Of a DNA stretch of 64,000 nt, positions 23,944 through 36,794 are shown in pieces. Position 1 is the stretch's first letter, and every line of letters begins with the position of its first letter. The position numbers and the translations under genes were made by a program. This DNA is from Eukaryota sp. TZLM1-RC (lineage: Eukaryota > Protista > Metamonada: BaSk clade). The stretch covers positions 2,232,001-2,296,000 of the forward strand of contig JAUPSS010000003.1 in assembly GCA_040285825.1 (NCBI GenBank), in the 5' to 3' direction. The notes under the pieces were generated by a model, which was not told where the DNA came from, searched no databases, and saw only the letters and a program-made list of their open reading frames with translations.

Positions 23944-24645
23944 CCCTTATGCTTCTCTTTTGAAGGTCAGTGTCTCCAACCCTGAAAGCATTAAACGTTT
24001 CTTCTCTCCATGACATCCCAATTTATGTTTTCGGATTGTGACAATGTTGTTTAATGTCAGGAATAGTATCATGGAGTTTTTCCTTGGTTTTGGTTGTTTG
24101 GCTCTGCTGGTTGTTTTAATTTAAATGTTTCGATTTAATTAACCTATTTGTTGTGGTAAACTGTAGTCTTTAAAACAACTTTATCAAGGCTTTTTAGTGC
24201 TTTATCAATTCTACAAATGTGAAGTAACTTTCATACACACAGCCATTATTCCAAAGAATCTTGAAACAATTTTTTTCAATTAACTAGTTTTGACAGAATG
24301 GTTGAGACCAATTTGGTTAGTACAAAATAATAAATTATTTACCAATTAAAATTTTAAACCAATCAAGCATGAACAAGTTGTGTCAGGTGCTTGTCAATTA
24401 CGAAATTTGGACAAATACTAAAAAAATAGACAACAATCCTTATCACCATGCAGGTATGAATGCATATTGAAATTGTTTTAGAAGAAAATAAAACAAACTT
24501 GTGCTTCTGAAAAAAGACAATTCATCATTCTTCTCATTTGACAAGTTGCTTTAAAGACAGCTGTTTTAGTTTAAAACTTGGGTTTAAAAACATTATATGA
24601 TGAAAAACAATAGTACAAATAGTACAACAAAAGTTAACACCCATG

Positions 24646-25308
24646 TCACGATGAGGTGTCACTGGCCAACGCAGCCAACCTTTGAACCATATGTCTTCTT
24701 TCCAGGGCTTCAATTAGCTTGACTGTGTTTTGGTATCTACAACGCTGAACAATCTTTGCAATAATAGTTTCCCTGCGCTTCCCTATGATAACGTGGCAAT
24801 ACGTCACATACCTGCTAGCACCTGTTTTCTTAAAATACGCTGAGAAAGTTGAAGTCGTTTCTGTAAGAGAAATGATCTGGTCAACAGAACTGTTGCGGAA
24901 ACCTATGGTGACGTGGCTCTACGTGGCATACTTTATGATTATACTCATGACATCGATGGGTAATCAATTCGAGCTAAAATAAGAATTACTGAAAATTATA
25001 AATACTTTATAATGCCTTCGCTCCTCAGCAGCCTTGTGACGTTCTCGTATCAACCTTGTTGCTTCTACGAGTGAACGAAGACGTTCTCGCCTGGTTTGAA
25101 GACGTTTTCCCTCAACTAGGGCATTCATTGTTTTAAGTCGTGTGACAAATATACCGATGCGTTGGTTGCGCCTTTTGCTTGCTGAATCTAGACGATCAAT
25201 AAGTGGTGGCTTGGGGATTGAATGAGATAACCGCAATATTTTATGAGGAGCATTTGTGCACAGAGCATGTTCAGGAGAGGTAAAATCTATATCAATGAGG
25301 GTGTTCAT
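24646..25308 (-). CDS. 4-exon basic helical protein of unknown function (introns 24974-25005, 24903-24931, 24783-24811)
   Basis: Removing three GT-AG introns (32, 29, 29 nt) gives one open frame ..RRHYK/LELITHRCHEYNHK/VSATV..KQVLA/GKRRETII..ASDTSS*. Confidence 0.7.
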
Positions 25309-25371
25309 TTTGCAAAAAGTGAAGCCGTTAGTAAAAATAGATTACCCATCATCTGACAAGAAGTGAAAGTT

Positions 25372-25402
25372 AACTTTGTCTTGTCAGTGACAAGACAAAG
25401 TT
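25372..25402. repeat. Perfect 15-bp inverted repeat with 1-nt spacer
   Basis: aactttgtcttgtca-g-tgacaagacaaagtt. Confidence 0.9.
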
Positions 25403-25899
25403 CGTATAGTCAACTCTGACAATATGATGCTAGTTGAAATCACACTAGACTGACACTGATTGGGGGGTGTTCCAAGAAAGACTAGTGTTACTAATCAATT
25501 TACATAAATAAGGTGTTCTTGCACTAAATCAATTATTTTTTTACTGTTCAATTTGATTGAATTATGCCTAACACTTAATATAACATGTGGAGATTGGTGG
25601 GACTAGATCTATTAAAACAAGATTTTCTGCTACATCAATCTACTTGATTGGTTGCCATTGGTTCTCCTTTATGATTGAAGAATAAAAGATTAGCAATAAA
25701 GATTCGAACAAGGATCCGAGAACAATTTAGTTTTGAAACATTTATTACTGAATTCCTCCATTGTGATCACACTTGCATGTGTAGGTTCGATTAGTTGACT
25801 ATTTGACATTGAAATAATTCATTTGAACCAATCTTAAGGGAATAATTGGACAATTGACTGAATTCTGGGAAGGTTTCTTCAAAACATCATTTAGCCATT

Positions 25900-26635
25900 C
25901 TCCAAGTTTATGACACTCTCTTTACTGATTCTGCTTGGACTTTGAATATGAGACTTTGTTCATTTATCTGGCCTCATAATATACGTCAAAATTGATTTTG
26001 TAAACGTAGGCGATAAATTACGATTACTCATTTGTTAAATTGTAAACATTTTATTACGTTTGAGAGCAAAGTTTTTGATGCTGTAGGAGACCATTTTTAT
26101 TGTATGCGCAAGTTTTCTAGAATCTTTTTTGGAACCTCTGTTGTCAAATCTGTTTGATGCAGAAGATGATTTCCGTAAGAATAACAGAGGTGATGTCATA
26201 TTAGCTGCTTTAGATGCACCTACATTTTAGTGGATGTTATATCAGTTGATCCTGGTAATGTCTCAAATGAAAGGCTTGCTAATTTTGAAATTGCCAATTA
26301 TTTTCAAATGCTCAAAATTCAAAATCATAAAATATAATGAACCTTTATCCAAATTGTCCATCCAACAGCATACAAAATACAATGTGTTTCCATTTATATT
26401 CTCTTTATTTGGTTCACCTGCTCCCAATGCTTTACGATTATTTGGCCAATTTTGAAATGATTGTGAAGAAAAGCCCCATTAGAAATTAGATTTCAAAAAA
26501 TTGTGTTTTCTATCTTTAAGGGGATGTTGAAGATGGTTTCTGATGCGCTTGCTTCTTCTTGGATCTCACTATGAGAGAGTTGCATTTAGTTCTTTTGTTT
26601 TGGAAAAGATGGATTATTTAGATGTTGATTTATAA
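25900..26635 (+). mobile_element. Degenerate CRE-like 3' fragment, family A
   Basis: Colinear with 15195-15930. Confidence 0.85.
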
Positions 26636-27119
26636 GTTGTTTAATACATATATGATATATCTGATTTTTAAAAGTATTGATAATAACCAACTCATTGTTA
26701 AAACGTTGCCAAAACTGTTGTAATTGACTTTCTTCCATTCTTGCAATTAAGCAATGTTTACCTCATGAGGTTTTTGACACTGTGTCTTCCATATTGGTTA
26801 CATTTTCTATTATCTCAGTTTTGAATACACAACTGAATAAACCAAATTCTTTAATTAGCTTTTCAACATAACAACATGTTTAATCCTGTGAATGTGATGA
26901 AATTATATAAGAATTTCATACTGAGTTGTGTACTCAGTTCTGAGAAGACCATAAAGAACCAAAATCACAAGATAGCAATGGTTGATTCGAACATTCATAT
27001 TTGAAAATACATACAACGTGATTAACTGCCTCTTACGAGCATTTATTGACTGTAATTATTCTATGTAAGGCTACTTGAAACTATTTCTCCACCACATATA
27101 TCACACACTAAAAAGCATA

Positions 27120-27545
27120 TTAGTCTTGAGCAATCATCATTTCAACATTAACACCGGGAACGATGTTGACACGGGTCTGAAGTGAGAGAAGTTGATAGAA
27201 GTTGTTCATACAAGATTTCTGACTAGATCGGTTGAACTGAAGAGGTCTATGACTCTCTTGTGGATACGCATTTGATAGCGATCCCAAGTCTTGGAACCTT
27301 CACCACAGGGAGTTTTGCGAGTGGTGATGCGCAAAACCTTGGTGGGCATACGGACGGGACCACGGAACTTCAATCCCTTATCACGAGCGCCAGTAACAAC
27401 GTCCTTGCACACTGGGGTAAAAGATATGAAAGGAAAATGTACCCTTCTCGATGTCGGAGGCGTTGCGTCCGGTAAGAGTGATTCTGATACGGTGGATTTC
27501 AGCTTGGAGTTCAACTCCCTTCTTGGGTTCAGTAATGGTACTCAT
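27120..27545 (-). CDS. RPS20: 40S ribosomal protein S20 (uS10); introns 27412-27442 and 27177-27211
   Basis: [53 protein letters not shown]../[12 protein letters not shown]; 31- and 35-nt GT-AG introns restore the frame. Confidence 0.97.
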
Positions 27546-29920
27546 AATGAAAGTAGAGGAAAAGAGAAGTCTTTACCCCCTTTCAAAATTCCATGTACGT
27601 TTTCCTTTCTCTAGAAGAAACTGGCCTCTTTACACTAGTGTCCTTTTTACGGGGGTGTTGTACATTTGCTGATGTACTGTTTGTGTGATTTTGATGTATC
27701 TTTAGTGTTATTACCACTATATCGCACCACCTTTGCTGGAAGCTTAATTTTACATATGTTCATAGTATCTCAGTTTTTGAAAAGCACAGTACTCATTGTG
27801 GATAGAACATTCTTGTGAGGCCATACCTGTACATTGTTCCAGTTCAATTAGTGAATATCGGTTCTCATTTCTCCCCTTTTCAACAAACCTTGACATTCTA
27901 GCTTCTCAAAACTGCATTCAATTTAGGTTTTGTTTTAAATTCTTTGTTTTCTCAAACATACCAATAAAGTTCATTATCGTTTGCATTTTACAATCACTTC
28001 TGCTATCCTCTGGATAAAACAAGACTAAAATCATGATATTATCACACTTTTATCGCCATTTTCACCAACATTGTCCCTTTCATTTCTGTCATGTTTTCAA
28101 ATAATCTACAACGTGACGACAACATTTGCCAGTTTGGTTTGTTGTGTGGATCGAATGTTGTGAGGCATGTCATTCCGATGAAAGGATTTCTCTGGTGTCC
28201 AGTCTTTTGAGCTTTTAGGAGCTCGCATAACACCGGTTTATTTTGGTTTTCCCGTTTGTATAATGCTTCGTAGAAAATTTTCAATAATAGAGATAGTAAG
28301 GAATGGGTGATAGTTATAGATTGTTGGGTTGGTTATAATGGAATCGTTTTAAAAACTATATAGCCATAGTCTGTGGTGTTCGTTGTTGCTTTTTTTATAT
28401 TTAATTGAACAAATAACTATTGATCACTTACTAGTTGAAGAACTCTGTTGGCTTGAAGATTTGGTTGTTGAAACAATATCTAAAATATATAATTTGTAAT
28501 TTTTTTCTCTTTTTTGCTGTTGGAAAAAATCCTGAATGATATGATTGTTTGGAGGTTGATTTCTACATTATTTTCAGAACACCGAGACAATCATTCAAGT
28601 GTCTTTAGTTTTACCAAGGATAAATTGAAGAAATTATTATAAGAGATGTTGATACGTTCTGTAAAGGTAATTGTATTTATTATCAGTTAACAATTTTGAC
28701 TGAAACACAAAATATGCCCTTTCTACATGATTGGAGAGTTAGTTTTCCCCTATGAACATATGAACAAAAGTTGGTGATTTTCAATAAAGAATAAACTAAA
28801 AATAGCTTCAGTTGTTTTGATTTAATTTGAGTTACAATGTTGATACGTTTCAACAGTTAAGACGAAAAGCATATTCGTTCATTAGATATTGTTTCGTTTT
28901 GATAGATAATAATGAACAGTGTCCACCTTTGTAATGTTCAATATTGAGTTCATGTAAAAGGGGAATTTAGTGAAGCAAATTTTGGCTTCAGTAATGCATC
29001 ACCAAACCAGAATAAAGACAAGTATTAGAATTGATTTTCTACAACTTCTAATACCATCAGATATTCAAAGTGAGAGCCAAATCACGATTATACAAATATA
29101 CAAAAATGGATAGCGTGGTTTCAGTCGACTGATATGAAGATCTGGCACATAAAATTGTTTTAAAGGCATCAAAACAGTTTTCATTTTTGAGTTTCAATTT
29201 TAGTTATTTATTGAGTATTCAAGTTGTTTCATTTATTAATCAGTAATTTGAGTTTTTTACTCATTTTGGAGGGTTCATTTCTAATGTAAAGATCAACAAT
29301 AGTATTTATAACATTCTCGAAAAATATACAACTTTCTGCTTAACTCTTGAAGAAGCAAGACCTTATAAAAGAACGTTCTGATATGATATTATTGTTATTA
29401 TTTCATTTGTCTCAAGAAGAAGTCAAATATGCCTTGATGTTTTATTTTTGAACTATGAAAGATCCAAGGGCGTACATGGTTGATCAAAAGTTGCATTTTC
29501 AAACAAATAACTATAAAAAGGCATTTGGGAGAGGATGGAACGACGATTTCGCAGACACAAAACTTGTTGTTTATATTATCTCAAATTTTTTTTGTATATT
29601 TTCATTATAGTTATTTTAAATGAATAGATTTGTAGTGCGTTCTTTCATTACACAAATACTCAACTATTCACATATCTTTAAAATACGTCTCTGCAAATTC
29701 ATATAGAAATTGATTATTTTTATTAAAAAAGTCAAAATATGTTGACATTGCTTAAGGACTTGCTGAGCAATGATTTTAGATATCTCAGACATGGGTTATG
29801 ATCATACAGATGATGTTGAAAAGTCGGTGTTTTATAGATTTCTTGATTAAAAATTAGTACTAGTAGATTAGATGCGAAGTCTTAAACCAGATTTTCCTCA
29901 CCCACACCAGCTCTTTCTAT

Positions 29921-32900
29921 ATGCAAATCCTGGCCAACGTCTTGGGTCACACTGACCAATACATCAATGACAATCTCTTCTTCACATGTCCTTTGTCATC
30001 CATCTCATTTGTCCCTACCCAAATTCCTGAATCATTATTGCCACATTTATTTCCTACTCAATTCGTATCTGGCCAACAACTTGAACTGGAGGAAGATAAT
30101 CAAGTTGAATTTAAAAGAGATTTAAGTCGTAATGAACAAACCGTAATTACTCGTGTAGGCCACCATTTCCTTCGCTATGCCAACTCTTTTCTCAACTCTG
30201 CTGGAGGAGTTTTATACGTAGGTGTAGGAGACGATGGTACCATTAATGGAGTTTCTATATCATCCAAGGGTATTTCTCAACTTAAAACTGCCATATCAAA
30301 TCATCTTTCCTCTTCTTATCCCCCCATACCTCCAGCTTTTGTCTCTCTTCAAGTTTATCCAGTCTACAAAGGTACCTTTCACACCAAACGCAAACTTCCT
30401 ATTCGTGGGACTCATATTCTCGCACTTGCGGTGCTGGCACATCGTGTTATTGGACCAGGAAGCGTAGTAGTAAGTAGTAAAGGTGTTGCCTGGGAACGGG
30501 TAGGATCTTCAACAAATCGTATACCAGAACGCTTTTTCCCTGCACTTCCTGACAATGATGACGTGGTACTCTCCAAACAATTCGGAGCACGTGCTTCCAA
30601 CGCATGCTTACGTGGCAGTAGACTACGATCTCGGTCAAAACCACAGAAATTGGATCTTCCCATTAATAAATATTTTGACACGTTTTGCCACGTCATCAAC
30701 AGTCATCGTGCTATCATTGTAACTGGGGGAACTGGTACGGGAAAATCGACACAATTACCTCAATTTATATTAGACTCTTATCCATCCAATCAATCAACTA
30801 ATCAATCAGCCAATCAAATTGATTGTAGACCTACCCCTACAATTCGTGTTTTATGTGCTCAACCAAGGAGACTTGCTGCCGTGGCCCTAGCTAACCATGT
30901 AGCCAAGCAGCGAGGTTGTGTGCTTGGAAGTGAAGTTGGTTATCATATTGGTATGTTTATTTTTTTATTTAGATAATTAATAATTAGTTAATTTTTTTAT
31001 TAATTTTGAATTTATTGAGTAATTGGAAATGATGGTAAATTAGTTTTAATTAATTTATTCTGAATTATTTTTCGTGTTATTAATTTGTTTTTTCTATTTC
31101 ATCCATTATTCAATGATCCAATTATTCAAGTTTTTTTATTTTTATCTCTCTCTCTTTTTTTCCAATTAATCACAGGAGGAAGAAAAGTTGCTGATGACAC
31201 CAGTAATATCGTGTTCTGTACGGTTGGCGTTCTACTTCGACTTTGTACCCAAGACGAAACCATTGGGGTTTATTCGCACATCATTCTGGATGAAGTTCAT
31301 GAAAGGTCGGTTGAAGTGGATCTTTGCTTGTATTTGTTGCGGTTACGGTTGAGTCAAGATCAAAATTTAAGGGTAATTGTGTGTTCAGCGACAGCGAACG
31401 TTGACAAGCTAGCAAGGTATTTTGGGGGCTTTAACACCTTTGTGAAAGAAGAGATCAATCAATCAAATAATCAATCAGTTATTGATACCAAAATTTTTGG
31501 AATTTTGGATATCAGTGATTCCTCTGATGATGATGATCATAATCAATCAAACCTACCCAACCTGCACCAAATCGGAAAGTTTCATCATTCAATTAATCAA
31601 TCATTTTCGACTGACACCAGAACTGCCCCTATTATTCACGTCGGAGTTTCAAATTACCCTGTTAAAGAATTTTATCTAGATGATATTTATTCTATTTGCC
31701 CCGAATTAACCGAAACTACTGAGCCAATGCAGTTTATCATTAACAAACCAAGATTCCATGGTGAAGTGTTGTTGGATGTTGTTAAGAAACTCTTCTATCA
31801 TTTACTACCCCGAATTGAATCTAACCCTAACCCTAAGTCTAATGGTCAGGTAAGTGGATCAATATTGATTTTTTTACCTGGAATCGGCTCTATCATGGAG
31901 TTTTCAGAAGGTCTTAGTCGTGCTTTCCCCAACAAATTAATTGTAACAATAGCCCATTCTAGTGTCTCTATTGAAGATCAAGGTATTGATTATTGGTCAT
32001 TGCTTTTCTGACCTCAGAAGTGATTTTCTCTCCTGCACCAAGGGGTTTAACTAAGGTTGTCTTGGCTACTGATGTTGCTGAAAGTTCCCTAACTGTTCCT
32101 GATGTGGTGGTGATTATTGACACGTGTATCAGAAAATCATTGACTTACAATCAAACATCACGTCATTCTTTCCTAAAAGAGTGTTGGATTAGCAAAGATA
32201 GTGCTATTCAACGGAAAGGTTTGATCTTTTCTCTATTTAATTAATTCTAGGCAGAACTGGTCGTGTTGCAAAGGGAGAGGTTTATAGGTTAGTCCCCAAA
32301 GCTTTTTATGATCAGTTTGATGATTTCTCCACGGTTTCCATGCAAAGTTCGCCTCTAGAAGATGTTGTTTTGAAAATTAGCGGGTTTAATGCGAATCCGA
32401 CACTAATTTTACAAGAATGTCTGGATCCACCAAATCTTTCCTTGATAGATTCGGTGTTACAATCTCTATTAGACCTAGGAGCAATTAGAATGGTGGCAAC
32501 TACAGAAAGAGTTCCCACTTTTGTAAGGACCCCCCTAGGTCAATTTTTGGCATTATTACCTCTAAGCGTTGAACTTGGTTTAATCATTGCTAGGGGAATT
32601 TGCATTGGAAAAACTGACTTAGCCATTGTTCTAGCTGCTGTTATTGTCAGATCTTCCCCAATCATTACACCAAAAGAACTTGCCCCAAAGGTATTCAACT
32701 TTTCTATTATGTTTAATTATAGGTTTTTGAAGCCTTTAAGAAGTACAGTGGTGGATATAGGTCTGATCATGTTGCCTCTATCAACGCTTATCACCAATGG
32801 GTATCTGAGTTTGAGAAGTTTTCATCAGTGCAACAAGAACAGTCTTTCCTAGAGTCTAGCTCACTTTCAGGTTTCTGGTTACGTGAAATAGATGATGTGG

Positions 32901-34349
32901 TGTATCAATTGAGAAACCTACTCTCTTTTGTTCGCATTGTAAGACAACCAAGCAAGTTGGACGGGATTAGAAGAATGAAGAGCTTGTGGAATGGTGGTGA
33001 TGAAGGTATTTTTAATTTTAGTTAGTTTTGTTAATTTCAGGATTAGGAATGGAGTTGTTGGATAGTGATTCTGAAGCAGAAGGCTTAGGTGTCGATAGGG
33101 AAGTTTTTGAGCTACATTTTGAGCCAGTTGTCGAGAATCCTGTAGAATCTTGCTTTGAAAATGAAAATGTAGAAGAAGTGATATCAAATTTTGATGGCTT
33201 TGTCCAATCACAGAGTGATTATCATGTTGATTGGTCCAATAATCGTCATGATTTGATTGGAGTTTTGATTTTATTATGCTCTACTTTTATTTCAAATTTA
33301 ATGGTTTTAAAGCCTGAAATTGATAAGAGCAAGTTCAATTTTAACAACATTGTCATTAGGGACCCTTCTGACATTTACAAAATTTTACTAACAGAAGTAG
33401 AGCTCACTCGTGATGAGCTGACAGACGTGCTAGCTCAAAATGTAGGTCAAAATGTCGAAATTGAGGAAATTCAAAATATTTATTCCTCTGCGAATGATTA
33501 CTTGATTTCTTTTTCTCCACCAATCACACATGACGTGCTAGTTCCTTCTTCATGTTACCCTTCCCAATTTGAAACTGTAATGAGACTCAACTCAACCATT
33601 TTACCTGCACAAAGAATAGAACCAGGTCCTTTCCCAGGTTTGGTTACTATTGACTATAACTAACTTTAGGTTTTCCATCCAAACCTTACTTGCCATTTTA
33701 CCCTTCTGAACCATTATCATTGCCAACGACTTCACTAGTGTATGGTTTTGGGATTGCTACGGATTTAAATATAGAATACGGTGTTTACGGAATTTGTACA
33801 AATAGCGTTTCATCCATTAAAAACGGCAGAGTTTCCCATTTTCCAAGGTATGGATCGTTGCTGCCTACCAATTGGCAATGTCCCCATTTAGTTTTTTTAA
33901 TTGTTTTTGGTAGCGAAGTCAATGTAATACCTGTCCAAAATGTACCTCGTAATTGGTTACTATATGGTCGTTTCGGTGGTGTCCTTTACCAACGAACGAT
34001 TATAGCAGATGGCGATGTGGTCTCGGAATTGGTTAATTTGAGACAAAAATATGCTGCGTTTCTTAATCTCAAAATGGAAGCTCTTTACTCCAGCTCACGA
34101 AGCCAAAAATTGGAGATGTCACGGTCAGAAACAAAGAGAATTCAGTCCGATCTTTTTGATAGATTAATTGATTGTTTGGAGAATAATTGCATCACTTTGC
34201 CACCTACGTTAATCAATCCAAGAACGAAGACCATGCCAAATCTTTCCCCGTTAGAGGTCGATCAGGCACGGGAGGTTCTTGGGTTGTTGGATATGGGACT
34301 TATTGGAGATACAGAGTCTTCATGCAGCTCTGGTAGTGAAAGTGATTAG
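29921..34349 (+). CDS. Schlafen/AlbA_2 domain fused to DEAH/RHA-type RNA helicase; 7 exons (introns 30951-31175, 31983-32017, 32219-32250, 32691-32722, 33006-33040, 33638-33669)
   Basis: N-terminal EEDNQVEFK..ANSFLNSAGGVLYVGVGDDG (Schlafen core); GTGTGKST, QPRRLAA, DEVHER, SAT, IFLPG, AHS, ATDVAESSLTVPDV, QRKG/RTGR, HA2-like TPLG and SDH; all six introns checked to keep the frame. Confidence 0.88.
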
Positions 34350-34571
34350 TTAGTCTTTTAAATAAATTAATCTTAAGTTTAATTTGAGAAAACTTATATT
34401 TTTGGTTAAGGGTATTTTCTAATTAATGATCCTGTTTTTAATAAAATGTATGTTTTCTATTACAAAATAAATTTTTTTGGTTATTTTATTTTCGAATATA
34501 TTTTTATTTTTCCAACAAAAACAAACTGGTTATTTATTTGTTATTCAAACGAAAACGTTAACAATAATATA

Positions 34572-34685
34572 TATTCATTGAACATGCACACTTAATAAAA
34601 TTAATTCATAACTAATGGGACGAAAATCAATGAATCAAGATTTTCTCTACAACATTTTTATCTGCTTGCTGTCTAGCTAAAGCAG
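34572..34685 (-). mobile_element. ~110-bp 3' end fragment of CRE-like family D
   Basis: Reverse complement of 36215-36325. Confidence 0.8.
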
Positions 34686-34694
34686 AAATAACAA

Positions 34695-35165
34695 TTAAAA
34701 TCAATTTCCTCAAACTCCACATCTACTATTGAAAATTTTCCTAAATCTTTTTTTCATAAGGCCTACCTAGTGATGACAACGGGTTAGAAACAAGACTATA
34801 CATTCCTTTAAAAATAGAAAATACAATTCTGTTTTGCCAAAAGGTTCCGTCAAGTATTCTTCCAGTTCTATTTTTGACAACAGTTGAAAAATCGTCTATA
34901 AAAAGATAACGCAGTTCTACCCACGGTTCCAAATAAAGACAAAGCAAAATGACAAAGAAGGTATTTAGTATGTGAGTTGGAATTTAAATTATTTATTTTT
35001 CAGCATACTTGATAATTTTCGCTTTTTCAGCATTTTCCAAAGCTGGATAATAAGATGGTGTCAGTATTTTCATTTGTGCCGTTTGAAAAATCAGTAGATC
35101 TGACGTCAATAATGACATTGATCCATGAAGTCCGGGAACTAGCACATCACCACGGCTGTCACCAA
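34695..35165 (-). mobile_element. CRE-like 3' fragment, family F
   Basis: RGDVLVPG..FWQNRIVFSIFKG..DVEFEEIDF; homologous to 63195-63753. Confidence 0.85.
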
Positions 35166-35399
35166 GAAAAGGTTTTCAAAAGGTTTTCTATTTCAAAATA
35201 GTGATACCTGTAGTTGTTGTTTGTCGACGTTCGTCTAAATGTTATCTCTTTACTGAATTTGAACTTATGCCTTCCTGTGATTTGTTCAGAATTTTTGAAT
35301 AGAGGTAATCAATGAATGTTATCTCTGGTGAAGTGTGGAATTAAAGTTGAAGATATTTAGATTTAGCTTCTTTTTGAACTACATTTTTATTGAACTAAA

Positions 35400-36330
35400 A
35401 TTCTATCTTATATTCAATATCCTCCAATAATATTTGCAGCTCGGCTGTTTTAAATCAAGATCTTCACTCATTGTTATTGGAAAAGGGTGTTTGTGAAAAC
35501 AAGGTGTCAGATTCTTCACTTTTTGTAACCATTGTACCACGAAGATTTGGATTGTGTGCTACTAATGAAGCATTTGTAACAAAAATGAGATTATATTTGA
35601 ACATCCCCATTAACCAATTATTATCAAAAGAAAAATGTATTTGTTCGAATTCACCTCAACTCACTTTGCGCCATGCTCTAAATTGCTCTAAATTGATAAC
35701 TTATCGTTCTTCATTACATGATGCTTTTAGAGACACTGTTTTCAATATGGCACAAACTGCAAGGATATCGTGTATCAAAGAGCCCCTGCTGAAGGAAACA
35801 CTTTCTCTGAATAATTTTGGTTCTGATGATAGAGGTGATGTATACTGTGATTGGATTGATAATTCTGAAGCTATTGTTGACTTTGTCTCATGTAATGTTG
35901 CAAACGATACTTTGGTTCACAGAAGAAAACTTAATCCTGTGGCTGCTCTGGATTTTAAAGCAAAAGAAAAACATAGAAAATATGATAAAGAAATTGAAGT
36001 TGCAAATGTCGATAGAGATACACAGCTGGTTTTTATTGCTTTCCCATTTTCGATAAATGGAAGATTATCAGTTGAAGCAGAAACTTTTTTGGATGACTTC
36101 CAAAAAATGGTGAAAGAAAAAACAATGAAAAGATTTGATATTTTTTTATGGCGTTCACGGATTCAATTTGCCATTATTAATAGATTACCGCGGTTTTTCA
36201 ATCGAATAAGAGAAGCTTTAGCTAGACAGCAAGCAAATCAAGATTTTGTAGAGGAAATCTTGGTTTAATGATAGTCGTCCCATTAGTTATGATTTAATTT
36301 AATCAAGTGTGCAAATTCAATAAATATAGC
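35400..36330 (+). mobile_element. 5'-truncated CRE-like element, family D, with intact RLE ORF (35471-36268) and 3' UTR
   Basis: CIC..HALNC..RSSLHDA.RD..EP..RGD..VDF..KEKHRKY..FPFSING. Confidence 0.9.
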
Positions 36331-36794
36331 TATATAAACTCCAAACAAACATCACTATTACTGAACCTACTCACAGCATTTCGTTCATATTCTACACCAA
36401 TAGCTAAAAGAGCTTTAGAAATCATTGTTGGAATAGACTTGAAAATGCAAAAAAAACAATTCTATTTAACCAGAAAGTGGAATTCATTGTTTTACCAGAC
36501 CTACTCAGTAACACTTTTTTGAAGTTTCCAAAAAAGTGTAACCTTGAAGGTCCAATATTGCCAAAAGGAGAAATTGCACAAACTGTTATTTCACATGTTC
36601 GATTCTACCTGATTGCGAATCATGTAAAGTTGTTGATTCCTTGAGGCCTCCAATACGTGTTCCATCACAGGTAAGTCCTCTTTCTTGCATTCCCTTTTCA
36701 ATTAGTTTTCGAATATTTACCACCAATTTAAAAAAAGGCATATGGGATGTAACACCGCTATGAAAATTTTTTTGCTTGAAGATAAATAAAATTA

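Noticed and set aside
27690-29880. Possible degraded genes in AT-rich spacers (also 3000-3850, 8000-8530, 21600-22400, 41750-42600)
   Set aside because: Only short stop-riddled frames with no recognisable motif; cannot be supported without a search.
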